Source: an uncultured Acidimicrobiales bacterium
GTDB lineage: Bacteria > Actinomycetota > Acidimicrobiia > Acidimicrobiales > UBA8190
Assembly: GCA_963848335.1 (NCBI GenBank)
Contig: CAWKDD010000002.1
Span: 74,159 to 138,158, forward strand
Length of the DNA: 64,000 nucleotides
Direction of reading: 5' to 3'
A model generated the notes under the pieces. That model did no database searches. It was not told the DNA's origin and worked only from the letters and a program-made list of their open reading frames with translations. Of this stretch, positions 7,777-16,544 are shown piece by piece; within the stretch, counting starts at the first letter, position 1, and each line of letters starts with the position of its first letter. A program made the translations under genes and the position numbers.

Positions 7777-9978
7777 TCAGACCTCCGACAGGGTGCGTGC
7801 CGCGGCCACGACGTCTTGGACCTGGGGGAGGATGGCGTGCTCCAGGGAGGGCTCGTAGCCCACGAAGGTGTCCTTGGCGGCGATGCGGGCCACCGGCGCA
7901 TCGAGGTCCCAGAAGCAGTGCTCCGCCACCCACGCCGCCACCTCGGCGCCGAACCCCGCCGTCAAGGTGTCCTCGTGCACGACGAGGAGGCGGCCCGTGC
8001 GTCGGACCGACTCGCCCACGATGTCGTGGTCCCAGGGCGAGATGGAGCGCAGGTCGACGACCTCCACCGAGCACCGCTGCGCCGACAGCTCCTCGGCCGC
8101 GACCAACGATTTGTGCACCATGGCACCCCAGGTGACGATGGTCAGGTCGCGCCCCGGTCGCGCCACGGTGCCCCGTCCGAAGGGGACCGTCCATCCCGGC
8201 GGGGGTAGCGGGTCTGCGGCGTAGTGCTGTCGATAGAGGTGCTTGTGCTCCAAGAAGAGCACCGGGTCCTCCGCCGCGAAGGCGCTGCGCAGCAATCCGA
8301 CGGCGTCGCGCGCCCGTGAGGGGAAGGCGATGAGCAGGCCCGGGATGTGGGCGAAGATCGACTCCCCGCTCTGCGAGTGCCAGATCGCCCCGCCGGTGAG
8401 GTAGCCACCGATCGCCACCCGCACGACCAGGGGGCAGGTGAAGTCGCCGTTCGATCGCCACCGGATGGTGGCGGCCTCGCTGCGCAGCTGCTGCATGGCC
8501 GGCCAGATGTAGTCGAAGAACTGGATCTCGGCGCACGGCCGCAGACCCCGCAGAGCCTGCCCGACGCCGCGGCCCACGATGTTCGACTCGGCCAGGGGCG
8601 TGTTGTAGCAGCGCGCCGAGCCGAATCGGCGCTGCAGTCCGCGGGTGACCCCGAACACCCCGCCCTTGCCCTCGACGTGGTCGAGCACCTCGTCGTCGGC
8701 GTCGGCGACGTCCTCCCCGAACACGCGGATGCGCTCGTCCCCGGCCAGCAGCTCGTGGAGGGTGAGGCGGATGGCCTCGGCCATCACCACCGGCTCCGCC
8801 TCGAGGTCCGCGGCGCCGGACCCCTCCACGGCGCCGGGTTCGGGTTCGGCGAGCGACGGCAGGCGCAACACGTTGTCGGTCACGGTGGCCGGGTCGGGCC
8901 GCGGCGCGGCCAGAGCCTCCTCCGCCGCCGCGGCCGCCAGAGTGCGTGCCTCGGCGCGCGCCGCGGTGGCCTCGTCCTCGCTCAGCACCCCGGCCTGTAC
9001 CAGCTGCCGTTCGAGGGTGTCGATGGGGTCGTGGGCCTGTTCGTGGGCGAGCTCCCCCGCGTCGCGGTACTTGGCCTGCGAGTCGGCCGACGAGTGGGAA
9101 TAGGGACGGGTCACGTGGGCGTGGATGAGCCCGGGCCCCTCTCCGGCACGCACCCTGGCGATCGCCCGGGCGCCCTTGGTCCGGCACGAGGCGTAGTCCC
9201 ACCCGTCCATGCGGGTCACGGCCAGGCCCCGGAACCCTCGCACCAGCTCGGCCACGGGCGCCGGTGACTGGTCGGCGGCGCGCACCGAGATGGCGTACCC
9301 GTTGTCGGCCACCACGAACAGCGTGGGCAGGTGCAGTCGGCACGCAGTGTTGAGGCTCTCCCAGAACTCGCCCTCCGACGTCGCCCCCTCGCCGAGCGAC
9401 ACGTAGGTGACCTCGTCGCCGTGTGCCTCGCATCCGGCCAGGCCGGGTCGCCGGGCGATGTAGCGGCCCGCCTCGGCGCAGCCCACCGCCGGGAGGCATT
9501 GACTGCCCGTAGGGCTCGACTGGGTGACGATGTTGCGTGTCACCGCACCCCAGTGACAAGGCATCTGGCGGCCTGCCGAGGACGGGTCCTCAGACGACCC
9601 GACCGCCTGGAGCATGATGTCGAGAGGCGTGACACCGAGGGCCAGCACCAGCGCCCGGTCGCGGTAATAGGGGAAGAACCAGTCGTAGGCGGGGCGCAGG
9701 GAACGGGCCAGCGCCAGGAGCAGGATCTCGTGACCCGCCCCCGAGATCTGGAAGAACACCCGGCTCTGCTTCTGCAGCAGGATCTCCCTGTCGTCGAGGG
9801 CCCGGGAGAGACAGGCCAGCCGGAAGTCCTCGACCAGCTCCGACGCCGGAAATCCCCGCAGCCCGCCGCGGCCGGCGCTCGGCCCGCCGTCGCCGTTCGC
9901 CTGGCGCCGGCCCGTGCCACCTGGGCTTTCCTGGGCTGTCACGCCGGCGCTCCGACCCCCCGAGCCCTTGCGCACCAC
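7777..9978 (-). CDS. fused alpha/beta E1 component of a thiamine-diphosphate-dependent 2-oxoacid (branched-chain type) dehydrogenase
   Basis: 733 aa. The N-terminal half resembles E1 alpha (SLGEGATSEGEFWESLN TPP-binding region). The C-terminal half resembles E1 beta (VFGEDV..., transketolase-like pyrimidine-binding and C-terminal domains). The start codon (GTG at 9978) is uncertain. Confidence 0.75.
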   Translation of the reverse strand: MVRKGSGGRSAGVTAQESPGGTGRRQANGDGGPSAGRGGLRGFPASELVEDFRLACLSRALDDREILLQKQSRVFFQISGAGHEILLLALARSLRPAYDWFFPYYRDRALVLALGVTPLDIMLQAVGSSEDPSSAGRQMPCHWGAVTRNIVTQSSPTGSQCLPAVGCAEAGRYIARRPGLAGCEAHGDEVTYVSLGEGATSEGEFWESLNTACRLHLPTLFVVADNGYAISVRAADQSPAPVAELVRGFRGLAVTRMDGWDYASCRTKGARAIARVRAGEGPGLIHAHVTRPYSHSSADSQAKYRDAGELAHEQAHDPIDTLERQLVQAGVLSEDEATAARAEARTLAAAAAEEALAAPRPDPATVTDNVLRLPSLAEPEPGAVEGSGAADLEAEPVVMAEAIRLTLHELLAGDERIRVFGEDVADADDEVLDHVEGKGGVFGVTRGLQRRFGSARCYNTPLAESNIVGRGVGQALRGLRPCAEIQFFDYIWPAMQQLRSEAATIRWRSNGDFTCPLVVRVAIGGYLTGGAIWHSQSGESIFAHIPGLLIAFPSRARDAVGLLRSAFAAEDPVLFLEHKHLYRQHYAADPLPPPGWTVPFGRGTVARPGRDLTIVTWGAMVHKSLVAAEELSAQRCSVEVVDLRSISPWDHDIVGESVRRTGRLLVVHEDTLTAGFGAEVAAWVAEHCFWDLDAPVARIAAKDTFVGYEPSLEHAILPQVQDVVAAARTLSEV

Positions 9979-10111
9979 TTCCGACGCTAGCCCCCCGCCT
10001 GCCCCGACCGGTGCCCCCGCCGGCCCCGACCGGCGCCCATCGCAGGTCCCCGGCAGTGATACACCCCGGCGTTACGCTCCCACGCGTGCACCCTCGGAGC
10101 AGGGAGACCCG

Positions 10112-11509
10112 ATGATCGTCGGCCTGGTGATCGGCCTTGTCGTCGGCGGCGCCTGTGGTGTGGCGATCGCCTGGATCCTGGTCTCGGCGCGGGCGTCGGC
10201 ACGGGTCGCAGCGGACCGGGAGCGCCACGCCGAGACGATCGGCTCGGCGCGGGCCGAGGTGCTCTCCCTTCAGGCCACGCTGGAGGGCGAGCGCGCCGCG
10301 GCCGAGGAGCGCCGGATGGCGGCCGAGGACATGCGGCGCCAGCTCGTGGGCGAGTTCGCCGAGTTGTCGCGCCAGGCCCTCGAGCAGAACAACACGCAGT
10401 TCCTGGAGCTGGCCGACGCCCGCCTGGCCCGCTCCCAGCAGGCGGCGCGCGGCGACCTCGACCAACGCACCCAGGCCATCGAGCAGCTGCTCACCCCGCT
10501 GCGCGAGCAGCTGGGCCGTTACGAGCAGGGACTCAGGCTCCTCGAGCTCGAGCGCCAGAAGGCCTACACCGGGCTCAGTGAGCAGGTCCGCACGCTCACG
10601 GTGTCACAGGACAAGCTCCAGTCCGAGACGCGCAACCTGGTGACGGCGTTGCGCTCTCCCGCCACCCGGGGTCGCTGGGGGGAGATGCAGCTGCGGCGCG
10701 TGGTGGAGATGGCGGGGATGGTGGAGCACTGCGACTTCGAGCAGCAGGTGACCACCGAGGGGGTCGACGGCCGGCTGCGGCCCGACATGGTCGTGACCCT
10801 CCCGGGAGCCCGGCACGTGGTCGTGGACGCCAAGGTCCCGCTCCAGGCCTTCCTCGACGCCAACGACGCCGTCGACGAGTCCGTCCGGCGGACGCACCTC
10901 GTCGCCCACGCCCGCCAGTTGCGGGGGCACGTGGACGCGCTGTCGAAGAAGGGGTACTGGGAGCAATTCGAGGACTCGCCCGAGTTCGTGGTGGCCTTCG
11001 TTCCCGGTGACGCCCTGTTGGCGGCGGCCCTCGAGCACGACTCGTCGCTGCTCGAGCACGCCGTCTCCCACCACGTCCTGCTGGCCACGCCGACGACCCT
11101 CATCGCCCTTCTGCGCACCGTCGCCTACGGGTGGCAGCAGGAGGCACTGGCCGAGAACGCCCGTGAGGTGCAGGACATGGGACGCGAGCTCTACAAGCGG
11201 CTCGCCACCTTCGGCGAGCACATGGCGCGCACCGGGCGCAGCCTGAGTGGCGCCGTGGACTCCTACAACAAGGCGGTGGGGTCGCTCGAGCGCAACGTCT
11301 TCCCCCAGGCCCGTCGGTTCCACGAGCTCGGAGTGGTGGGCGGCGCCGACAAGGAGATCCCCGAGCTCGAGCACATCGACGGCTCCGCCCGCGGGTTGCA
11401 GGCCCCCGAGCTCGCCGGCTCGCCCCGGCTGGCCGGGGAGCTCGGCCTCGAGCTCATCGAAGGGTCGCGCCGCGACGACGTGGAGCTGCCCGGGGCCGCC
11501 GTCACCTGA
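10112..11509 (+). CDS. rmuC: DNA recombination protein RmuC
   Basis: ATG at 10112, preceded by ggagcagggaga, inside ORF 9914..11509. N-terminal TM helix, long coiled-coil, then the RmuC nuclease-like core (RGRWGEMQLRRVVEMAGM..., VVDAKVPLQAF). Confidence 0.85.
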   Translation: MIVGLVIGLVVGGACGVAIAWILVSARASARVAADRERHAETIGSARAEVLSLQATLEGERAAAEERRMAAEDMRRQLVGEFAELSRQALEQNNTQFLELADARLARSQQAARGDLDQRTQAIEQLLTPLREQLGRYEQGLRLLELERQKAYTGLSEQVRTLTVSQDKLQSETRNLVTALRSPATRGRWGEMQLRRVVEMAGMVEHCDFEQQVTTEGVDGRLRPDMVVTLPGARHVVVDAKVPLQAFLDANDAVDESVRRTHLVAHARQLRGHVDALSKKGYWEQFEDSPEFVVAFVPGDALLAAALEHDSSLLEHAVSHHVLLATPTTLIALLRTVAYGWQQEALAENAREVQDMGRELYKRLATFGEHMARTGRSLSGAVDSYNKAVGSLERNVFPQARRFHELGVVGGADKEIPELEHIDGSARGLQAPELAGSPRLAGELGLELIEGSRRDDVELPGAAVT

Positions 11510-11545
11510 AACTGATTGGGTCCGGGGGCGATTGCCTCCTCGCCA

Positions 11546-12789
11546 TCACCGACACGCCATGTGACCGACTTCGTCGGGCCGGCGTTCTGAGACCACGGTG
11601 CGGTTGGACAGGTGGACGGTCGTCGGCGTGGGAGCGTGAATGGTGCAACCTGTGCCCGTGGTGATCGTGACGGGCGATCCCGCCGCACTGATCGACAGCG
11701 TGGTGCCGGACTGGCGGAACGTCACGATTCGCGTCGGCGGGTTCGCGAAGCGGTAGTTGAAGTCCCACAGCTGCCCTCTCGTGGCGACCGTGTGGTTGTC
11801 CCAGGACGCGGGCTGTGCGACGACCGGCTTGAAGAGGCCCCAGGCGAGCATGGCCTTGATCTCGTTCAGGAAGTCGGGAATGTCGTGGTTGCCCGGGTGG
11901 ACCTGGTAGGTGACGTCGATACCGGCGGCCACCAAGGCCTCGTGGTAGCGCTCGTTCATCGGGTAGATGACCTTGCTCTCCTCGAGGGTGTCGAACTGGC
12001 CGGGGTCGGGGTCGGCCTTGCTCGGGACACCCGTGCCCGTGCTCTCGAACACCCGCGTGTGGTCGAGGTTCTCGGTGAGCAGTGCCGGGTTGTGTCCGTC
12101 GGCGTAGAAACCGTCCGGGGGCCCGTAGATGGGATCGGGGTCGTTGTCGCCGTTCGACGCCGCGCTCGAGAACACCGCCATCGCAGGCTGGATCGACGCC
12201 GCCTCGTACTGAGGGTCCACGAAGCCCGAGAGCGTGGCCACCGACCCGAAGAAGCCGGGCAGACGGCCCCCCAGGTACGTGGCGCCGAGGCCACCCATCG
12301 ATATGCCGATGAGGGCGTGATCGCGACGCTGCGGCAGGATCGGGTAGCGGGCCAGCACGGTCGGGATCACGGCCTCGAGCTCGTAGCTCTCCCACGAGGG
12401 TCCGCCTCGCTCACCGTCGTTCCACCAGTCCGTGAACCAGCCGTTTCCCCCTCGGGCATGACCACGATCGCACCCAGACCGTCGAACGGCTTGATCAATC
12501 CGTATTTGGCGTACGAGTCGTAGTTGAAGTCGAGCCCGTTGAGGAAGACGACCAGGGGGTAGTGCTCGTTGCGGTTGTACCCCGCCGGCAACAGCACGTT
12601 CGCCCGCGGGGGGCCCGGATAGCTCAACCACTTCGAGGCGATCCCACCGTTGGCGGACGGAATGGTGATGGTCACGAGACGGGCCGGTGAGGTCCTGCTC
12701 GTCGTGCCCGAAGCACAGCCACCCAGGAGCGTCATGGCGAGCACGATCGTTCCGACGCATCCGGTCTTCAGGCGGCGACGCACGGCCAT
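11546..12789 (-). pseudogene. secreted lipoprotein esterase (esterase D / antigen-85-like alpha/beta hydrolase), interrupted by a 1-nt deletion at ~12447-12451 (pseudogene or sequence error)
   Basis: The N-terminal part MAVRRRLKTGCVGTIVLAMTLLGGCASG... (lipobox LLGGC) through ...IVVMPEG lies in the frame of ORF 12367..13875. The continuation GNGWFTDWWND...GISMGGLGA (GxSxG nucleophile) lies in ORF 11546..12760. Confidence 0.7.
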
Positions 12790-15700
12790 CACCTCTCCCC
12801 TCTCGGCTCGGGCATCTCCGGGACGGTGCCGCGCCGACCGCTTCTCAGCATGAGCATGAGGTCGCCGGCGGCCTGTCGGGCGGTGGCGATCGCTGCGGCC
12901 AGCGCCGCGCCTTCGAGGACGTCTTCGACGGGCTCCCCGTCCCCGACGAACACGAGGACGCAGCGCCGGACCGGTCGCCCCGTGGCTTCCTCGAGCGCCA
13001 GCGCGTAGCTCGCCACCTGGGGGTGGTACCGGGCCGAGGCGCGTTCGACCCCCGACTGCCCGCCGGTGCGGTCGGTCTTGTAGTCGACCACCACCAGTCC
13101 ATCGTCGTCGTCGAGGACGAGGTCGACGAAGCCCTCGAGGACCCCGCCGCCGACGGGAACGGCCACGAAGAGCTCGCGCCAGTGCCGGGTGGCGGCGCCG
13201 GCCGCCACCGTGGGCGAGGCCAGTGCCGCGCCGACCATGGCCACGATGGCGTCGGCGTGTGCGGACATCCCGTGGGCCGCGGCGCGTGCCCGGGCCACCT
13301 CGGCGGCGGGGCGCCCGGCGTCGTCGGTGCCACTGGACAGGTCGATGGCGGCCAGGGCGCTGTGCACGGCCCGCCCGATCTGGAGCGACGTGTCGGCGTC
13401 GCGCCACAGCGCATCGGCGGCGTCGGGCCATCCGGGGTCGGGCGCCGATGCAGGTTCGGGTACCGGGCGTGCTCCTGGTGCCGAGGGGCCGTGGGCTGCG
13501 CTTCCCGACCCTGGCGCCGCCAGGGCGAAGACACGGTCGGCCACTGCGGTCGCCGTGGTCGCCGGGGCGCGCCGGGCCGAGGCCAGAACCTCGGCGCGCC
13601 GGGCCGCGAAGGCCTCCACTTCCTCGCGCCACGAGGTCACCTCGGGGTCGACGGTTCCGTCCCCCGGATCGGCGGCACCCTCGGGTCCCGCCCCCGTCGC
13701 CGTGGCCACCAGCGCGGCGAGGGCGGCGAAGGGGTCGGGTCCGTCCTCCCCGGCGGGGGCGGGGACGGGCAGGCGCCGCCACAGCGCCGGGGATCGCAAG
13801 CAGATGTCGTGGAGCAGTGCCGCTTCGGTGCGCCGGGCGCTCGAGACGTCGTTGGTCTCCTTGTGGTGCAGGCACACGATCAGATGGTCACGGGCCCTGG
13901 TCATCCCCACGTACAGCAGACGGTGCTGTTCGAGCGCGTCGAGGTCGCGCTCGCGCTCGTGGGTCTCGTCGAAGCCCATGGAGCGGAGCCGTCCCGATGC
14001 CCGCAGTTCCGGGGTCCCGTCCTCGCGCCACAGCACCGCCGGTGGGCGTTGCCCGGGTGCCACCTCGCGCTCGAGGCCCGCCAGGACGACCACGGGGAAC
14101 TCCAGTCCCTTGGACCCGTGGATGGTCATGACCCGCACGGCATCGTCGTCGGGGTCCGGAGGGCCCACTCCGCCGCTGCGGCGGTCGTCTTCGGCCTGGA
14201 GGTCGGCCCACTGCAGGAACGACCGCAACGAGCCGCCCACCGTCTCGTCGAAGAGCCGGGCCTGGTCCGAGAACCAGCGCAGCCGCTGCCAGTGGTCACG
14301 GGGGCGGTGGTAGGCGAGGCACAGCTCGAAGCTGCGCAGCTCGTCGAAGGCGCGCGCCACCATGGCGGAGGGCTCGTGCCACAGGCGATCGTCGTGCAGC
14401 CGCGCCAGGACGGCCATGGCCCGGGCCACGGGATGTCCCTCGAGGCCCGCCGGCACGGGGTCGCGGGCGTCCCAGCTGCCCTCGGCCTGGCGCCACGCCA
14501 CGAGATCGTCGTCGCCACACGCCAGCCCCGGGCTCCGCAGCGCGCTCAGGACCGCCACGCGGTCGACGGGGTCGTCGGCGGCGTGCAACACGGCGAGCAG
14601 GTCGCGGACCTCGTCGGACCCCCACAGCAAGGCCACCCCCTCGAGCCGGTAGGGGATGCGGGCCTCCTCGAGGGCTTCTTCGAGCGCCGCCAGGGCGGTG
14701 CGCGCCGGGAGCAGCACCGCCACGTCGCGCCAGCGCACCGCCCGGGTGGTGCCGTCTTCCTCGTCGACGACCGCCCACCGGGTGCCGACGATGTCGTCGA
14801 GGGCCACCGCCACGTCGCGCGCCGCGGCCCGTCGGACCTCGGCCACGGCGGCCCTCATCGGCCCTCCCAGCACGACGACGGGGGGCATCCCCGTCGTCGG
14901 CCTCGGCCGGGGTGGCGTGGGGCGCCCGGCGGCGACCGCTCCGCCGCTGTCGACGACCCCGGCGCTCACTTCGACCCCGCCGGTCCCGACGGCTCCGGCA
15001 TCCCCGGCCTCCCCGGCCTCCCCGGCCTGCGTTCCCAACCCGAGGAGCGACAGCTGCACCGCGCCGGATCCCGGCATGGGGGCGCGGCGCGGTCCAGTGG
15101 GCCTGGCGCTACCCCGGAAGCGCAGCGGGACCACGTCCCGGTCTCCCATGAGATCGTGGTGCGCGGCCTGTCCGGGGACGGGGTCGGTGCCGAAGAGCTC
15201 CTCGAAGACGGTGTTGACGAAGCCGAGGATCCCCGGGACCGAGCGGAAGTTCGTGACCAGCACGATCTCCTCCCCGATCTGCCGGCCCACCCGGGAGAAC
15301 GATTCGATGTCGGCCCGTCGGAACCGGTAGATCGACTGCTTGGGGTCTCCCACCACGAAGAGCCCGCCGCTCTCGGCGTGACGAAGGTCGGCCGAGCCGT
15401 CCACCGTGGCGGCGATGCGGGCGGCCAGCTCGATCTGGATGGGGTCTGTGTCCTGGAACTCGTCGACGAGCAGGCGCCGGTAGCGGTGACGCAGGGACTG
15501 CGACGCGGCGCGGTCGTGGCGAAGCAGCCTGCGGGCGTGCACGAGAAGGTCGTGGAACCCGAGCCTGCCCTCGGCCCGTCGTTCGTTGGCACACTTCATG
15601 ACGAAGTGCGCCAGCCGGGTGCCCAGCTCGGCGAGCACCGCCTGGCTCACGGCGTTCAACAGGTCGAGGCGCGCCTGCTCGGCCTGCGTGCAGGCGCCGC

Positions 15701-16544
15701 GCACCTCGTCGACGTGGCCGCCCCAATTCGGGTGCTGCCCGAACCTGCTCTTGAGCGAACTCATGCTGTCGAGGTATTGGAGTGTCGACTGCTCGTCGTC
15801 ACACGACGCCAGCTGCCGGCGCGCCGCGGCGAGGGTGCCGAGGTGCTCGGCGAGCTTGTCCCCGTCCTCGGTGCACCAGGCCCTCATGGCCACCGCGGCG
15901 TCGATGGCGGCCAGGACGGGCCCGGGATCGAGCGCTCGCCAGGCCCCCGATGCCCGCCGCATCTCCTCGAGGGCCTCGAGTCCGCCGTCCTCGAGCCGGT
16001 CCCAGTGCCGGTGCAGGGCGCGGGCGATCTCGGCCATGTCGTCGTGGGACAACCCGATGGCAAGTCCCCGTACCAGCGCCGGCTCGGCGTCGCCGTCGGC
16101 GAGCAGGCTGTCCGCGAAGCGCTCGAAGCGCGCGTCGAAGTCGGCGCGCTCGGCGGTCTCGTCGAGCACCTCGAAGCCCGGTGGGATGCCCGCCGCCACG
16201 CAGTGCTCCACCAGGATGCGCTGGGCGAAGGCGTGCAGCGTGCAGATGGCCGCCTCGTCGACCTCCTGGCGGGCAGCGGCCAGGCGGGTGTCGTCGGGGT
16301 GCTGGCCGGCGACCTCGTCGATCTTGTCCCGGATGCGCTGGCGCAGTTCGGCCGCGGCCGCCTCGGTGAAGGTGATGGCGGCGATCTCGCGCAGCGCGGC
16401 GCGCCCGCTCCTCACGAGCTCGACGATCCGGCCCACGAGCGCGGTCGTCTTGCCCGTGCCCGCCCCCGCCACCACCACCAGGGTCGAGTCGAGGTCGCCG
16501 GCGATGGTCGCCCGGGCCCGGGCGTCTTCGCGCCGCGCCGTCAC
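12789..16544 (-). CDS. UvrD/Rep-type helicase fused to a C-terminal PD-(D/E)XK nuclease (AddA / AdnB-like subunit)
   Basis: GTG at 16544 overlaps the upstream stop (GTGA). Walker A AGAGTGKTT, motif II LLVDEFQDTD, and C-terminal nuclease motif GFVDLVLDDDDGLVVVDYKTD. Confidence 0.8.
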   Translation of the reverse strand: MTARREDARARATIAGDLDSTLVVVAGAGTGKTTALVGRIVELVRSGRAALREIAAITFTEAAAAELRQRIRDKIDEVAGQHPDDTRLAAARQEVDEAAICTLHAFAQRILVEHCVAAGIPPGFEVLDETAERADFDARFERFADSLLADGDAEPALVRGLAIGLSHDDMAEIARALHRHWDRLEDGGLEALEEMRRASGAWRALDPGPVLAAIDAAVAMRAWCTEDGDKLAEHLGTLAAARRQLASCDDEQSTLQYLDSMSSLKSRFGQHPNWGGHVDEVRGACTQAEQARLDLLNAVSQAVLAELGTRLAHFVMKCANERRAEGRLGFHDLLVHARRLLRHDRAASQSLRHRYRRLLVDEFQDTDPIQIELAARIAATVDGSADLRHAESGGLFVVGDPKQSIYRFRRADIESFSRVGRQIGEEIVLVTNFRSVPGILGFVNTVFEELFGTDPVPGQAAHHDLMGDRDVVPLRFRGSARPTGPRRAPMPGSGAVQLSLLGLGTQAGEAGEAGDAGAVGTGGVEVSAGVVDSGGAVAAGRPTPPRPRPTTGMPPVVVLGGPMRAAVAEVRRAAARDVAVALDDIVGTRWAVVDEEDGTTRAVRWRDVAVLLPARTALAALEEALEEARIPYRLEGVALLWGSDEVRDLLAVLHAADDPVDRVAVLSALRSPGLACGDDDLVAWRQAEGSWDARDPVPAGLEGHPVARAMAVLARLHDDRLWHEPSAMVARAFDELRSFELCLAYHRPRDHWQRLRWFSDQARLFDETVGGSLRSFLQWADLQAEDDRRSGGVGPPDPDDDAVRVMTIHGSKGLEFPVVVLAGLEREVAPGQRPPAVLWREDGTPELRASGRLRSMGFDETHERERDLDALEQHRLLYVGMTRARDHLIVCLHHKETNDVSSARRTEAALLHDICLRSPALWRRLPVPAPAGEDGPDPFAALAALVATATGAGPEGAADPGDGTVDPEVTSWREEVEAFAARRAEVLASARRAPATTATAVADRVFALAAPGSGSAAHGPSAPGARPVPEPASAPDPGWPDAADALWRDADTSLQIGRAVHSALAAIDLSSGTDDAGRPAAEVARARAAAHGMSAHADAIVAMVGAALASPTVAAGAATRHWRELFVAVPVGGGVLEGFVDLVLDDDDGLVVVDYKTDRTGGQSGVERASARYHPQVASYALALEEATGRPVRRCVLVFVGDGEPVEDVLEGAALAAAIATARQAAGDLMLMLRSGRRGTVPEMPEPRGER

